A stretch of DNA of 64,000 nucleotides, from contig CAVYYZ010000011.1 of assembly GCA_963772835.1 (NCBI GenBank), positions 32,001 through 96,000 on the forward strand. The letters are read 5' to 3'. This stretch comes from an uncultured delta proteobacterium. GTDB taxonomy: Bacteria > Desulfobacterota > Desulfuromonadia > Geobacterales > Pseudopelobacteraceae. The notes beneath the pieces were generated by a model, which was given only the letters and a program-made list of their open reading frames with translations, was not told where the DNA came from and searched no databases. A program made the translations under genes and the position numbers. Shown piece after piece: positions 1 to 14,324 of this stretch. The first letter of the stretch is position 1; each line of letters starts with the position of its first letter.

Positions 1-858
1 ACGTTTCCCCCGGAGATGGACCTTTCAGGCCTTAAGATAGTTCTGGATTGTGCCAACGGCGCTGCCTACAAGGTTGCTCCGGCTGTGTTTGAAGAGCTGG
101 GTGCAGAGGTTATCCCCTATGGGGTCAAGCCTAACGGCACAAACATCAATGCCGGGTGCGGTTCGACCTGCCCTTCCGTTATCAGTGAAGCGGTCAAGCT
201 GCATCGGGCAGATATCGGAATTGCTCTGGACGGCGACGCCGACCGAGTTATCGTATGTGACGAATTTGGCAATGAGGTCGATGGCGATCACATCATGGCC
301 ATCTGTGCCAGCGACATGCTGAAGCGCAGACTTCTTAAGAAGAAGACGCTGGTGGCGACTGTTATGAGCAACATGGGACTTGACATAGCTCTTCGTAAAT
401 GTGGCGGGAAAATTATCAAAACCGATGTGGGAGATCGTTACGTCGTTGAGGCTATGCGTGCCGGGGGGTATAATCTGGGGGGAGAACAGTCAGGACATAT
501 GATCTTCCTGGACTACAACACAACCGGTGACGGAATCCTGTCCGCCCTGCAGCTACTGGCGGTTATGCGCAGGGAAGAAAAAACGCTCTCTGAGCTTGCT
601 GAAATAATGATTCCCCTGCCGCAGGTGCTCTGTAATGCACGTGTCCGGGAAAAAGTAGACATTTACTCCATCGGCGATGTGGCTGCTAAAATCAAGGCTG
701 TTGAGGGGAAACTCGGCAGTGAAGGTCGTGTGCTGATCCGTTATTCGGGCACCGAGCCGCTGCTCAGGGTCATGATCGAGGGGCAGGACAAATACGAGAT
801 TACATCGTGGGCCAATGAAATCTGTGATCTTGTGAAGAAACATATCGGAGAGAAGTAA
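1..858 (+). CDS. glmM: phosphoglucosamine mutase (5' partial)
   Basis: DGDADR metal loop, GGEQSGH, RYSGTEP; frame open from base 1. Confidence 0.95.
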   Translation, partial: TFPPEMDLSGLKIVLDCANGAAYKVAPAVFEELGAEVIPYGVKPNGTNINAGCGSTCPSVISEAVKLHRADIGIALDGDADRVIVCDEFGNEVDGDHIMAICASDMLKRRLLKKKTLVATVMSNMGLDIALRKCGGKIIKTDVGDRYVVEAMRAGGYNLGGEQSGHMIFLDYNTTGDGILSALQLLAVMRREEKTLSELAEIMIPLPQVLCNARVREKVDIYSIGDVAAKIKAVEGKLGSEGRVLIRYSGTEPLLRVMIEGQDKYEITSWANEICDLVKKHIGEK

Positions 859-1577
859 TGGCGAAACTGGGACTTAATGTAGATCACTTCGCAACAGTCC
901 GTCAGGCGCGCGGCGGTGTTGAACCGGATCCTGTGACAGCCGCCGCTATCGGCGAGATGGCAGGCGCAGAGGGGATAACCATCCATCTGCGGGAAGACCG
1001 TCGCCACATCCAGAACCGCGATCTCGAAATACTGCGACGCACCGTTAAGAGCAAACTCAACCTTGAGATGGCGGCCACTCAGGAAATGGTGCGAATAGCG
1101 CTCACCGTCAAGCCGGAGCAGGTGACACTGGTACCGGAAAAGCGTCAGGAATTGACAACGGAAGGCGGCCTCGATGTCATTGTTAATGCCAAGCAGATCA
1201 CAGATACGATTAAGCGCTTAAAAGATGGCGGAATCGTTGTCAGTTTGTTTGTTGACCCGAATCAGGAGCAGATTAAAGCGTCCAAAAAGACCGGTACCGA
1301 TTATATCGAAATCCATACCGGTGCATACGCCGAAGCGGTAACGTGGGACGAACAGCAACATGAACTGGAACATATCGATACCGCTGTCAAGCTGGCCCGC
1401 AAAGTGGGCTTGGGAGTGAATGCCGGCCATGGCCTCAATTATCTGAATATCAAGGCAATTGCTGCTCTGGGCGGCATCGAGGAATATAATATCGGTCATT
1501 CCATCATTGCACGTGCCATGCTGGTCGGACTGGACCGGGCAGTGCGCGACATGGTTGAGCTGCTCAAGTACGCATGA
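858..1577 (+). CDS. pdxJ: pyridoxine 5'-phosphate synthase
   Basis: [32 protein letters not shown]. Confidence 0.97.
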   Translation: MAKLGLNVDHFATVRQARGGVEPDPVTAAAIGEMAGAEGITIHLREDRRHIQNRDLEILRRTVKSKLNLEMAATQEMVRIALTVKPEQVTLVPEKRQELTTEGGLDVIVNAKQITDTIKRLKDGGIVVSLFVDPNQEQIKASKKTGTDYIEIHTGAYAEAVTWDEQQHELEHIDTAVKLARKVGLGVNAGHGLNYLNIKAIAALGGIEEYNIGHSIIARAMLVGLDRAVRDMVELLKYA

Positions 1578-1954
1578 TATACGGTATCGGCTCCGACATT
1601 GTTGCTATAGAACGTTTCCAGCGATTTTTGGACAACGGCAATACCGCACTCATTGAAAGGCTTTTCACTTCTGCCGAACGATACCTGTGTGGAGGGAGAA
1701 AAGCTGCCGCATCCTGCCTGGCTGCACGATTTGCTGCGAAGGAAGCATTTTTGAAGTCCCTCGGAACCGGCCTTCGTGAAGGTATATCCTGGCTGGATAT
1801 GGAGGTGACGAATGATGCACTGGGAAAACCGGAGATGGTGCTTTCCGGAAAAGCCGCGGAACTGTTTCAGGATAAAGAGCTGACCAGAATACATCTATCT
1901 CTGTCCCACGATGGTGGTAGTGCAATTGCTATGGTGGTTTTGGAGTCAATATGA
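1574..1954 (+). CDS. acpS: holo-ACP synthase
   Basis: [21 protein letters not shown]; follows pdxJ. Confidence 0.95.
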   Translation: MIYGIGSDIVAIERFQRFLDNGNTALIERLFTSAERYLCGGRKAAASCLAARFAAKEAFLKSLGTGLREGISWLDMEVTNDALGKPEMVLSGKAAELFQDKELTRIHLSLSHDGGSAIAMVVLESI

Positions 1955-3531
1955 GAGTAGTCACCGCACATACCATGCAGGATATCGACAAGCAGGCCAT
2001 CGGAGAGGGGAGCATATCCGGTCTTCAAATGATGGAAAATGCCGGAAGGAGCTGCGTTGAGGAGATTATCGCCGAATTCGGATTACAGGGCCGCTCAGTT
2101 GTCATGGCCGGTAAGGGCAACAATGGCGGAGATGGGTATGTCATCGCCCGCCTGCTACGCCTGAAGGGTTGGAATGTCAAAGTTGTTGTCCTGGCTGATC
2201 GTGACCAGATCTCCGGAGATGCAGTGGTAAATCTGGACAGAATCGCGGGCTCAGACGTCAGATATTGCACCGAAGAAGGTCAGTTGCAGGTGCTGTGTAT
2301 GGAGGATATCCTTCAGGCAGATGTGATTATAGACGCACTGCTTGGTACCGGATTACGCAGCAACATCAACGGCGTATATCTGGAAGCTATCGGACTGATA
2401 AATTCGTCCGGACGCCCTGTAGTTTCAGTTGATATCCCTTCCGGAATCCATGGCACGACCGGACGGGTTCTTGGCGATGCCGTCAGGGCGTATATAACTG
2501 TGGCATTTGCATTTGCCAAACTTGGACACGTACTCTACCCCGGGGCCGAACATACCGGCAGACTTCTGGTAGCTGATGTTGGAATTCCGGCACATCTGAT
2601 GCTGTCGGCTCCCGGTTACGATTTTTTGAATGCAGATACGATGCGTCCGATGTTACATCGACGGGATCGACTCGCTCACAAGGGACTTTTCGGACACTGT
2701 CTTATCATCGCCGGTTCTACCGGTAAAACCGGTGCCGCAGCGCTGGCGGCAAACAGTGCAGTGAGAGCCGGTTCAGGAATGGTTACACTGGCCGTGGCAG
2801 AAAGTATCCACAGTATCCTGGAGATAAAAACGACTGAAGCAATGACAGTTCCTCTCCCCGATTCCGGCAGTGGAAACCTGACAAACAGCTCCTTTCCGGC
2901 AATCGAAAAACTGCTGATCGGCAAAGATGCCGTGGCGATCGGCCCCGGTCTTGACCGGCGTCCGGGAACGTATGCTCTGGTTCAAAAACTGGTAGAGACG
3001 GTTACGCTGCCGTTGGTGATCGACGCAGATGGTCTGAATGCACTTGCAGAAGACATAACTGTTTTGAAACGGAAAAAGTCAAAACAGGTGATTCTCACGC
3101 CGCATCCCGGTGAGATGTCTCGACTTCTTGGGACTTCAATCCCTGACGTGGAAGCGATTCGTATTTCGGTTGCACAGGAATTTGCCCGAAACTATGGTGT
3201 GTTTCTGGTGCTTAAAGGTTCCCGCACAATTATTGCTGCTCCTTCCGGAACCGCAGCTATCAACGGCAGCGGAAATCCCGGAATGGCTACCGGAGGCATG
3301 GGCGATGTGTTGACCGGCATTATCGTGTCTCTGCTGGGGCAGGGATATGCTGCTTGGGACGCCTGTCGTCTCGGGGTGTTCCTGCACGGATATGCGGCAG
3401 ATATGGTGGCCGAGGACAAGGGGGAAATCGGAATAAATGCTTCAGATGTACTTGAAAAACTTCCCTATGCCTATAATAAGTTGTTAAAAAATACCCTGCT
3501 GACGAACCTGAAGATGTTCGGCCAGCTCTGA
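1951..3531 (+). CDS. nnr: bifunctional NAD(P)H-hydrate epimerase/dehydratase (YjeF)
   Basis: [28 protein letters not shown]. Confidence 0.93.
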   Translation: MRVVTAHTMQDIDKQAIGEGSISGLQMMENAGRSCVEEIIAEFGLQGRSVVMAGKGNNGGDGYVIARLLRLKGWNVKVVVLADRDQISGDAVVNLDRIAGSDVRYCTEEGQLQVLCMEDILQADVIIDALLGTGLRSNINGVYLEAIGLINSSGRPVVSVDIPSGIHGTTGRVLGDAVRAYITVAFAFAKLGHVLYPGAEHTGRLLVADVGIPAHLMLSAPGYDFLNADTMRPMLHRRDRLAHKGLFGHCLIIAGSTGKTGAAALAANSAVRAGSGMVTLAVAESIHSILEIKTTEAMTVPLPDSGSGNLTNSSFPAIEKLLIGKDAVAIGPGLDRRPGTYALVQKLVETVTLPLVIDADGLNALAEDITVLKRKKSKQVILTPHPGEMSRLLGTSIPDVEAIRISVAQEFARNYGVFLVLKGSRTIIAAPSGTAAINGSGNPGMATGGMGDVLTGIIVSLLGQGYAAWDACRLGVFLHGYAADMVAEDKGEIGINASDVLEKLPYAYNKLLKNTLLTNLKMFGQL

Positions 3532-3580
3532 ACTTGATAAACTGAATACCTGCTGTCTTTCTAATAACAAGGAGAAAACC

Positions 3581-4030
3581 ATGCTGACCGTAGCCGATAT
3601 TATGACCCGAAGTGTAGTCTCTATCAAAGCAACAACTACTGTGCGTGAAATGGCCGGCATCTTTGACACTATGCGGTTTGGAACACTTCCTGTCGTTGAT
3701 GACGCCGGGAATCTGAAAGGAATCGTTACCGCATCCGATCTTGTTGAACAGGATCGTCCGCTTCATATTCCGACTGTTATATCTCTTTTTGACTGGGTCA
3801 TTCCGCTTGAGGGTGAGGGTACGTTGCAACGCGAACTGGATAAAATAACGGCACAAACTGCTTCAGAGTTGGCGTCAACGAATGTTGTCACCGTTACCCC
3901 TGCCGATTCTGTCAGCAGTGCCGCTGAAATCATGAGCAGCAAAAAGCTGCACGCACTTCCTGTTATTGAAGGGAATAAACTGGTCGGCATGGTGTCACGG
4001 ATTGATATCATCCGTTCGATGAACCGTTAG
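3581..4030 (+). CDS. CBS-domain pair protein
   Basis: two LPV(V/I)...GxV..xD CBS repeats; AAGGAG RBS. Confidence 0.9.
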   Translation: MLTVADIMTRSVVSIKATTTVREMAGIFDTMRFGTLPVVDDAGNLKGIVTASDLVEQDRPLHIPTVISLFDWVIPLEGEGTLQRELDKITAQTASELASTNVVTVTPADSVSSAAEIMSSKKLHALPVIEGNKLVGMVSRIDIIRSMNR

Positions 4031-4509
4031 TGCTCAGGATGCAGCTTACATCCGGCTCTTCCGGCGAAACGGAAGAGTTGGGAGCCTGCATCGGCTCGCT
4101 GCTCAAGGCCGGTTCATTTCTGGCGCTGCGCGGCGGTCTTGGCGGAGGGAAAACCTGTCTGACCAGGGGAGTGGTCGCCTCACTGGCTCCTCAGAGCGCC
4201 TATCTTGTTGCGAGCCCGACATATGCAATCATGAATTGCTATTCTGGTAACATCCCGGTTTATCATTTCGATTTCTACCGTCTCGCCGGTGATGACGACA
4301 TTGTCGAGCTTGGTTTTGAAGAATTTTTTTATGGTGATGGAGTATGTGTTGTTGAGTGGTCTGAGCGTCTTACTGAACTGCTGCCGCTGGATGTGCTGTC
4401 ACTTGAGTTTGAATATGCCGGAGAGGACATACGTCTGATTACCATTACCAGTTCCGGGCAAACATCAGACAGTGTCCTTGAACAGCTGGCACAGAAACTT
4501 CAGAAGTAA
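4030..4509 (+). CDS. tsaE: tRNA threonylcarbamoyladenosine biosynthesis ATPase
   Basis: GGLGGGKT, SPTY, HFDFYRL, VVEW. Confidence 0.93.
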   Translation: MLRMQLTSGSSGETEELGACIGSLLKAGSFLALRGGLGGGKTCLTRGVVASLAPQSAYLVASPTYAIMNCYSGNIPVYHFDFYRLAGDDDIVELGFEEFFYGDGVCVVEWSERLTELLPLDVLSLEFEYAGEDIRLITITSSGQTSDSVLEQLAQKLQK

Positions 4510-4599
4510 AAAAACTTTGACCCGACAACAGGTAATCTGTTATAGACCAAAACTTAACCCGGACATCTCTTCAACACATTATTACATAAGGAGAGCAGT

Positions 4600-5814
4600 A
4601 TGGCGCTCGTAGTACAGAAGTACGGTGGCACATCAGTCGGTTCGCCCGACCGGATAAAAAACGTTGCCAAACGCATCATCAAAACCTATGACGCGGGAAA
4701 CGATGTGATTGTTGTTGTTTCCGCAATGTCTGGCGAAACCAACAAATTGGTAGCACTTGCAAATGAAATGTGTGAAATCCCGGATGGCCGCGAATATGAC
4801 GTACTGGTTGCCACCGGTGAACAGGTCACTATCGGGCTTCTTTCCATGTATCTTAAGTCCCAGGGCTACAAGGCAAAATCCTATCAGGGGTGGCAGGTTC
4901 CCATCATTACAGACTCAACTGCAACAAAAGCCCGCATAGAGAGCATCGGCGATAAAAATATTCGTGCTGATCTCAAGGAGGGTACAATCATCGTTCTGGC
5001 CGGTTTTCAGGGAGTTGATGCTTCAGGAAACATAACGACACTGGGGCGCGGCGGTTCCGATACTTCTGCTGTTGCAATTGCAGCCGCTCTCAAAGCCGAT
5101 GTTTGCGAGATATACACGGATGTTGACGGAGTGTACACCACCGATCCCAACGTGTGTAAAGAAGCCCGCAAGATCGAAAAAATATCGTATGACGAGATGC
5201 TGGAACTGGCCAGTCTGGGTGCCAAGGTCCTTCAGATTCGTTCGGTTGAATTTGCCAAGAAATATAACGTGGACGTGCATGTCCGCTCAAGTCTTAACGA
5301 AAATACCGGTACAATGGTTACCAGGGAGGACACGGATATGGAAGGAATTCTTGTTTCAGGGGTTGCGTACGACAAAAACGAAGCCAAGATAGCTGTCAAA
5401 GGGGTGCCTGACAAGCCGGGCATTGCCGCAAAAATCCTCACACCACTGTCTGATGCGGCCATTTCGGTAGATATGATTGTTCAAAATGTCAGTGACAACG
5501 GCTTGACAGACTTCACATTCACCGTCACCAAGGCTGATCTGAAACAGGCACTTTTGATCACAAACGAAGTAGCAAAAGAAGTTGAAGCAAAGCAGGTTCT
5601 TTCCGACGAAAACATCAGCAAAATATCGATCGTCGGTCTTGGAATGCGGAGTCATGCCGGTGTCGCAACTCAAATGTTCAGCGCACTTTCAAAAAACAAC
5701 ATCAACATCCAGATGATTTCGACCTCAGAAATAAAAATATCGGTTGTTATTGATGAAAAATATACCGAGTTGGCTGTACGCGTCATGCACGAGACATTCG
5801 GTCTTGCCGGCTGA
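4600..5814 (+). CDS. lysC: aspartate kinase
   Basis: [16 protein letters not shown], two C-terminal ACT domains. Confidence 0.96.
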   Translation: MALVVQKYGGTSVGSPDRIKNVAKRIIKTYDAGNDVIVVVSAMSGETNKLVALANEMCEIPDGREYDVLVATGEQVTIGLLSMYLKSQGYKAKSYQGWQVPIITDSTATKARIESIGDKNIRADLKEGTIIVLAGFQGVDASGNITTLGRGGSDTSAVAIAAALKADVCEIYTDVDGVYTTDPNVCKEARKIEKISYDEMLELASLGAKVLQIRSVEFAKKYNVDVHVRSSLNENTGTMVTREDTDMEGILVSGVAYDKNEAKIAVKGVPDKPGIAAKILTPLSDAAISVDMIVQNVSDNGLTDFTFTVTKADLKQALLITNEVAKEVEAKQVLSDENISKISIVGLGMRSHAGVATQMFSALSKNNINIQMISTSEIKISVVIDEKYTELAVRVMHETFGLAG

Positions 5815-5844
5815 CATTTTTACGCTGAAGAAGCAAAAAATTAC

Positions 5845-5879
5845 AAGGGGTGGAACAGTAATTGTTCCGCCCCTTTTTT
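5845..5879. terminator. intrinsic terminator between convergent lysC and tadA
   Basis: AAGGGGTGGAACA/TGTTCCGCCCCTT stem followed by a T run; A run upstream. Confidence 0.8.
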
Positions 5880-5907
5880 ATCCGATGTTAAACGATGAGG
5901 TTTTTCG

Positions 5908-6363
5908 TCAGGGAGTGCGCTCTTTTTGTTTGCGTCTGCGCAATTCAGTAAAGAAGTTACTCAGCAGGCTGGAACAGTCACTTTCGAGAACGCGGGGAAT
6001 AAGTTCAACACGGTGATTAAGGCGGGGATCGTTGGAAAGATCGAACAGCGACCCGGCCGCCCCCCCCTTCGTGTCAAAACAGCCGAAGACAACGGTAGGA
6101 ATGCGAGCCAGGATGATGGCGCCCATGCACATCGTGCAGGGTTCCAGAGTGACATACAGGACAGTATCAAGCAGCCGCCATGAACGGAGTTTCCGGGCGG
6201 CTATTCTGATGGCGATCAATTCGGCGTGGCCCGTCGGGTCCTGGTTCGATTCACGCAGGTTATGTCCGCGGGCAATTATTTTGTCACCCCGCACTATAAC
6301 GCAGCCAATCGGCACTTCATTCCTGGCCGCAGCCTTACCCGCTTCGGCAATCGCCCTCTGCAT
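5908..6363 (-). CDS. tadA: tRNA adenosine(34) deaminase (true start probably further upstream, see findings)
   Basis: EVPIG, HAE, TLEPCTMC zinc motifs. Confidence 0.93.
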   Translation of the reverse strand: MQRAIAEAGKAAARNEVPIGCVIVRGDKIIARGHNLRESNQDPTGHAELIAIRIAARKLRSWRLLDTVLYVTLEPCTMCMGAIILARIPTVVFGCFDTKGGAAGSLFDLSNDPRLNHRVELIPRVLESDCSSLLSNFFTELRRRKQKERTP

Positions 6364-6626
6364 CCAGTATTCGTGGCTGCGGAGCGGGGCGGGAGTATGG
6401 AGGGGGATAGGGAAAGTAATAAGTTTAGTACCTTTGGAGTATGGTTTTTAGTTTCGATTTCTCTCTGTAACAATCATTACATTTAGAAATAAGCCTTATT
6501 CGGTATCCGCTTGTCAAGTGTCAATATCATGGAGGGCGGCGGGAGGTCTGTTCCCTTTTCCCCTTTACTTTCCTGCCATCTTTATTTATTCTTCACAGTC
6601 CTAATTTTTAGAGTACGAAGGAATTC

Positions 6627-8423
6627 ATGGAAATCAGCAGAATCCGCAACTTTTCAATAATTGCCCATATCGACCACGGCAAATCGACTCTGGCAGACCG
6701 CCTTCTTGAGTATACCGGTACGGTCTCCGACCGGGATAAACAGAACCAGTTTCTGGACAAAATGGATCTGGAGCGGGAGCGGGGTATTACCATCAAGGCT
6801 CAGACGGTACGTCTCAATTACCGCTCAGATGCCGGCATTGACTACGTTCTTAATCTGATCGACACCCCTGGACATGTTGATTTTACCTATGAGGTGTCAC
6901 GCTCGCTTGCCGCCTGTGAAGGCGGGTTGCTGGTGGTTGATGCCTCTCAGGGTGTCGAGGCTCAGACACTGGCTAACGTCTATTTGGCTCTGGATATAAA
7001 CCTGGAAGTTTTTCCGGTCTTGAACAAGATAGATCTCCCGGCTGCCGATCCGGAACGGGTTAAACAGGAGATCGAGGACATCATCGGCATTGATGCTCAT
7101 GATGCTGTCCTGGCAAGTGCCAAAGAGGGGATAGGCACTCACGAGATTCTTGAACAGATAATCAAGAAGATTCCTCCCCCGGTCGGGGACGTGGACGCTC
7201 CTCTCAAGGCCCTTCTGTTTGACTCCTGGTATGATCAGTACCAAGGCGTCATCATCCTGGTACGAATCTTTGACGGGACACTGAAAAAGGGCGACAAGAT
7301 TCAGCTGATGTCGACCAACAGCAGTTTTGAAGCTCTCAAGGTCGGGGTATTTGCACCTGTTATGGTTGAAGTGTCAGAACTTGCGGCGGGAGAAGTCGGC
7401 TTCATTATCGCAGGAATCAAGGATGTTGCTGATGCCAAGGTCGGTGATACGGTTACGCTGCTGCACCGACAGTGTCTGCGTGCTCTGGATGGTTTTAAGG
7501 AGGTCAAGCCGATGGTGTTCTCCGGCCTGTACCCGATTGATACCGTTCAATACGAGCAGCTGAGGGATGCATTGGCCAAGTTGAAGCTGAACGATTCATC
7601 GTTCAGCTTCGAGCCGGAAACATCACTGGCACTCGGTTTCGGTTTCCGCTGTGGTTTCCTTGGTCTGCTGCATATGGAAATCATTCAGGAACGGTTGGAG
7701 CGTGAATTTGCGCTTGAACTGATTACTACAGCTCCGACGGTTGTTTACCGAGTCCATAAAATGAACGGCGAAGTATATTCGATTCAGAGTGCCAATCAGA
7801 TGCCCGAACTGCAGAGCATGGAGTACCTGGAAGAGCCTTTTATTTTGGCCCATATTCATGTGCCAAATGATTATGTCGGAGGTGTGCTGGCACTCTGTGA
7901 GGACAAGCGCGGTGTGCAGCGTGAAATCAAATATCTGACTCCGACGCGTGTCATGATAATCTATGAACTCCCGTTGAATGAAATTGTATTGGATTTTTAC
8001 GACCGTCTCAAATCCATCACCAAAGGGTACGCTTCTCTCGATTATGAGCATCTGGAGTACCGGCGGAGTGATCTGGTGCGGATGAATGTCATGATCAACG
8101 GAGAAGTAGTTGATGCTCTGTCACTGATACTGCACCGCGAAAAAGCATATTTCCGCGGTCGTGATCTGGTCGCCAAGATGAAGGAATTGATTTCACGTCA
8201 GATGTTCGAGGTGGCTATCCAGGCAGCTATCGGCAACAAGATAATTGCCCGGGAGACGGTCAAGGCCATGCGCAAGGATGTTCTTGCAAAATGTTACGGC
8301 GGTGATATTACCCGTAAACGGAAATTGCTGGAGAAACAGAAAGAAGGTAAAAAACGAATGAAAAATGTCGGTAACGTTGAGTTGCCCCAGGAAGCGTTTT
8401 TGGCAATTCTGAAGGTCGACTGA
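6627..8423 (+). CDS. lepA: elongation factor 4
   Basis: [31 protein letters not shown]. Confidence 0.98.
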   Translation: MEISRIRNFSIIAHIDHGKSTLADRLLEYTGTVSDRDKQNQFLDKMDLERERGITIKAQTVRLNYRSDAGIDYVLNLIDTPGHVDFTYEVSRSLAACEGGLLVVDASQGVEAQTLANVYLALDINLEVFPVLNKIDLPAADPERVKQEIEDIIGIDAHDAVLASAKEGIGTHEILEQIIKKIPPPVGDVDAPLKALLFDSWYDQYQGVIILVRIFDGTLKKGDKIQLMSTNSSFEALKVGVFAPVMVEVSELAAGEVGFIIAGIKDVADAKVGDTVTLLHRQCLRALDGFKEVKPMVFSGLYPIDTVQYEQLRDALAKLKLNDSSFSFEPETSLALGFGFRCGFLGLLHMEIIQERLEREFALELITTAPTVVYRVHKMNGEVYSIQSANQMPELQSMEYLEEPFILAHIHVPNDYVGGVLALCEDKRGVQREIKYLTPTRVMIIYELPLNEIVLDFYDRLKSITKGYASLDYEHLEYRRSDLVRMNVMINGEVVDALSLILHREKAYFRGRDLVAKMKELISRQMFEVAIQAAIGNKIIARETVKAMRKDVLAKCYGGDITRKRKLLEKQKEGKKRMKNVGNVELPQEAFLAILKVD

Positions 8424-8448
8424 CACTCACGCGTATAAAGGAATCCGA

Positions 8449-9114
8449 ATGGAAGAGCATCAGGAATCAAATCAGACAGTGTTCACGCCGGTGCAGCCGC
8501 AACCGGTCAAAAAGAAAGGTCTCTTACGTGAGTATGCGGAGTCGATTGCGATTGCGATTCTGCTGGCGCTGGTAATCCGTACCTATCTGGTCCAGGCTTT
8601 CAAGATTCCGTCCGGGTCAATGGAGGATACCCTGGCGATCGGTGACCATCTGCTGGTCAGCAAGTTTATCTATGGCACCAAAATTCCTTTTATTGACAAA
8701 AGAGTTCTGACAATCCGTGATCCGCAACAGGGGGATGTTGTCGTATTTGAGTATCCCGAAGATCCGAGCAAGGATTTTATAAAGCGGGTGATCGGTGTGC
8801 CTGGTGATGTGGTAGAGGGTAAGGAGAAGAAGGTCTACGTAAATGGAAAACTGTATGAAAATCCGCATGAAGTACACAAAGAAAAGGATATTATCCCGAA
8901 AGAGATGAATCCTCGTGACACATTCGGCCCGGTTACCGTGCCGCCCGGTTCGTACTTTATGATGGGGGATAACCGGGACCGCTCCTACGACAGTCGTTTC
9001 TGGAAATTTGTCAGGCGTGATCAGATCAAGGGGCTGGCCTTTATCAAATACTGGTCGTGGGATCACGAAAAACTCAGGCCACGGTTCGGGAGCATAGGTC
9101 GACTAATTAACTGA
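8449..9114 (+). CDS. lepB: signal peptidase I
   Basis: IPSGSM, FIKRVIG, GDNRDRSYDSR. Confidence 0.96.
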   Translation: MEEHQESNQTVFTPVQPQPVKKKGLLREYAESIAIAILLALVIRTYLVQAFKIPSGSMEDTLAIGDHLLVSKFIYGTKIPFIDKRVLTIRDPQQGDVVVFEYPEDPSKDFIKRVIGVPGDVVEGKEKKVYVNGKLYENPHEVHKEKDIIPKEMNPRDTFGPVTVPPGSYFMMGDNRDRSYDSRFWKFVRRDQIKGLAFIKYWSWDHEKLRPRFGSIGRLIN

Positions 9115-9263
9115 AAAACAATATGCCGCGGAGCAACGGAGGCATGGTGAAAGTCACGTAATTATCTTATTGTTTGTAACGCTCAACCATCTGATTTTTC
9201 TTTGAATTTCCCGCCTTTCCGAGGTAAATATTTTTAACTCGTCATTTTAAAACGGAGGATAGT

Positions 9264-11048
9264 ATGGATAGACTTGGAAACTGGAAGCGGACACATTACT
9301 GTGGAGATCTGCGAGCTGCGGACGTTGGCAGTGAAGTTATATTGATGGGATGGGCACTCCGCCGTCGCGATCATGGCGGACTGATCTTTATTGATTTGCG
9401 CGACCGCGAAGGAATTGCCCAGATCGTGTTCGACCCGGAAGTCAATCAATCAGGACATGCTGTCGCGGAATCTGTGCGGAGCGAATTTGTACTTGCGATC
9501 AGAGGTACGGTTATTCACCGCCCGGAAGGTACCGTCAACCCGAATATGAAGACCGGAGAGGTTGAAATTCAGGTGTCGGAATGCAAACTGCTCAACCGCT
9601 CCAAGCCGCTCCCGTTCATGCTCGACGAACACAGCGATATCAATGAAAATATCCGTCTGAAGTACCGCTATCTTGATCTTCGACGCCCCCAGCTTCAATA
9701 TAACCTGATCCTGCGTTCAAAAGTATCCCAGCTGACCCGCTCATATCTGACTGAACATGGATTTATCGAACTTGAGACGCCGTTTCTTACAAAATCGACC
9801 CCGGAAGGAGCACGTGACTTTCTCGTGCCGTCCCGTATCAATCAGGGGCATTTTTATGCATTGCCCCAATCTCCTCAGATTTTTAAACAAATTCTTATGA
9901 TTTCCGGTTTTGACAAATATTTCCAGGTTGTGAGGTGTTTCCGTGATGAGGATCTGCGCGCAGATCGTCAACCGGAGTTTACTCAAATTGACTGTGAGAT
10001 GTCCTTTATTGATCAGGAGGATATAATTACAGTCATGGAGGGGTTGATTGCCCGTATTTTCACCGATGCCAAAGGGGTAACGGTTCAGCTGCCGGTGGAG
10101 CGTCTCACCTATGCCGAGGCAATTCGTCGTTTCGGTCTCGATAATCCCGACCTTCGCTTCGGTATGGAACTGTGCGATCTGACTGACATAGTTATGGGGG
10201 CAGGCTTCAAAGTCTTTGCCGATGTCGCCTCGAAAGGGGGGGTAATAAAGGGTATCAATGCTAAAAATTGTGCAAAATTCTCCCGCAAAGAGATCGATGA
10301 CTTAACCGAATTTGTCAAAATTTACGGCGCCAAGGGGTTGGCGTATGTCAAGATCGAGAATGGCGAGTGGCATTCTCCGATTGCCAAATTTTTTACTGCG
10401 GAAGAGATAGCTGCAATGAACAGTCATTTCGGGGCTGAAGAGGGGGATCTGCTCTTCTTTGTCGCTGACAAACCAAAAGTCGTCAATGATTCACTCGGTA
10501 AGCTGCGTAACCACCTGGCGAATCTTCTCAAGCTGACAAACAAGGAGGACTACCGTTTCGTATGGATAACTGAATTTCCGCTTCTGGAGTGGGACGAGGA
10601 TGAAAAACGATGGAGTGCAGTCCACCATCCTTTCACCGCGCCGATGGATGAAGATCTCGAATTTGTTGAGTCTGATCCGGGCCGCTGCCGAGCCAAGGCG
10701 TATGACCTCGTGTTGAACGGCAATGAGATAGGCGGAGGTTCAATAAGAATTCATCAGGAGCACGTGCAGTCTTTGATGTTCAAACTCTTAGGAATGTCTG
10801 TTGAGGATGCCCGCAGCAAGTTCGGCTTTCTGCTCGATGCACTTGAGTTCGGCACACCGCCGCACGGCGGGATAGCATTTGGTATGGATCGATTGATAAT
10901 GCTGCTGACCGGCAGCGACTCAATCCGTGATGTTATTGCGTTCCCGAAAACTCAGAAGGGAACCTGCATGATGTCTGAAGCCCCTTCTCCGGTTGATATC
11001 AAGCAACTCCGTGAGCTGGGTATACGTTTAGCAGAAAAAAAGGTTTAA
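9264..11048 (+). CDS. aspS: aspartate-tRNA ligase
   Basis: [32 protein letters not shown]. Confidence 0.97.
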   Translation: MDRLGNWKRTHYCGDLRAADVGSEVILMGWALRRRDHGGLIFIDLRDREGIAQIVFDPEVNQSGHAVAESVRSEFVLAIRGTVIHRPEGTVNPNMKTGEVEIQVSECKLLNRSKPLPFMLDEHSDINENIRLKYRYLDLRRPQLQYNLILRSKVSQLTRSYLTEHGFIELETPFLTKSTPEGARDFLVPSRINQGHFYALPQSPQIFKQILMISGFDKYFQVVRCFRDEDLRADRQPEFTQIDCEMSFIDQEDIITVMEGLIARIFTDAKGVTVQLPVERLTYAEAIRRFGLDNPDLRFGMELCDLTDIVMGAGFKVFADVASKGGVIKGINAKNCAKFSRKEIDDLTEFVKIYGAKGLAYVKIENGEWHSPIAKFFTAEEIAAMNSHFGAEEGDLLFFVADKPKVVNDSLGKLRNHLANLLKLTNKEDYRFVWITEFPLLEWDEDEKRWSAVHHPFTAPMDEDLEFVESDPGRCRAKAYDLVLNGNEIGGGSIRIHQEHVQSLMFKLLGMSVEDARSKFGFLLDALEFGTPPHGGIAFGMDRLIMLLTGSDSIRDVIAFPKTQKGTCMMSEAPSPVDIKQLRELGIRLAEKKV

Positions 11049-11050
11049 TT

Positions 11051-11743
11051 GTGTCTGTAGTATGCCGCCAGGCTTTTTGCATACTGTTGTTAAGTGTACT
11101 GCCGGTGGCCTGCTCAGCACCAATTCCTACCTGGCGCAGCAAGACAGCTCCTCTGGTTGAAGAGCTTTCCCGTCGGGAAGTCCCTTTACAGTTTCCTCAG
11201 GAGTACCGGAGTCTACTGGAAACGTTTGAGCATGGTGAGGCGCTCTATCACGTTCGAAAAGACGATAAGGGTGCTGATGTGTATTATCGGCTGGCATTTC
11301 AAAAAGCGGAGATGTTGAAGTCAGAGATTTTAAGAATAAAAAAACGACATGCCGACGAGAAGCAGCAGCGCATAAATGAACTCGCCGCCAAGGCAAAAAA
11401 TGAGCAGTTAATGCGCGCGGCAGCAGAAGCAGAATTGCGGCTGAGGGCGCAACAGGCGGCCAGTGCTGCTGAGACTGCTCGTTCTACCCGTAAGAAAACC
11501 AAGGAAACCCAGCCAGCGCTGCCGTCTTCATACACTGTCCGACGTGGTGAAACGTTGCCGCAGATTTCCGCACGGACAGAAATTTATAACGATTCGACAC
11601 TCTGGCCGATTATCTATCGCGCCAATCGCGACCAGATCCGCGACCCCAAACGGCTCTGGCCGGGCCAGATTCTTATCATTCCACGAAATACCAGCCGGGA
11701 TGAAGAGGTTGAAGCGCGTCATTTTTCCACTAAAAACAAATAA
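11051..11743 (+). CDS. LysM-domain putative lipoprotein
   Basis: LPVAC lipobox-like signal; C-terminal YTVRRGETL...W..IY.AN...PGQ.L.IP LysM. Confidence 0.85.
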   Translation: MSVVCRQAFCILLLSVLPVACSAPIPTWRSKTAPLVEELSRREVPLQFPQEYRSLLETFEHGEALYHVRKDDKGADVYYRLAFQKAEMLKSEILRIKKRHADEKQQRINELAAKAKNEQLMRAAAEAELRLRAQQAASAAETARSTRKKTKETQPALPSSYTVRRGETLPQISARTEIYNDSTLWPIIYRANRDQIRDPKRLWPGQILIIPRNTSRDEEVEARHFSTKNK

Positions 11744-11805
11744 ATTTTCTAATAGTGCCGATCTGTATTCAACTGCCTTATCCGTTGGCTTGAGCCGATT
11801 TTCCC

Positions 11806-11839
11806 TTGACACCCAAACGGGTTTTGTATACTGTATACA
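11806..11839 (+). promoter_or_regulatory. sigma70 promoter of icd-mdh-kor operon overlapped by a GntR/HgtR-type operator
   Basis: TTGACA (11806-11811), 17 nt, TACTGT; perfect palindrome TGTATAC-T-GTATACA at 11825-11839. Confidence 0.8.
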
Positions 11840-12031
11840 GATTATTTACTGTGACTATAAAGTATCGTTATGACTTATAGTTTTATCAAAAAACGCGGTC
11901 ACATTTTAGCGTGACACCCTGTGGACGGAAGGTGAGTTGCTGTGGCAGAGAAAGCGTTCGTTCAGGATGTTTCGGTTGCAGGAAACAGTACTGTTTTCAA
12001 AGAGCCTTTGGCTTTCTTGTATTAAAACTAA

Positions 12032-14266
<2,235 letters not shown>

Positions 14267-14324
14267 TAGCTATGAGTTTCAACGCTCTTTTAAAATTATG
14301 TTCAGTACCGTACGAAGTGAGCTG

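Noticed and set aside
4510..4599. Lysine riboswitch before lysC
   Set aside because: The intergenic space is only 90 nt, includes a promoter-like sequence and shows no L-box features.
6386..6412. Four G-runs that could form a G-quadruplex upstream of tadA
   Set aside because: Explained by Pro-rich codons of the probable TadA extension on the other strand; no independent support.
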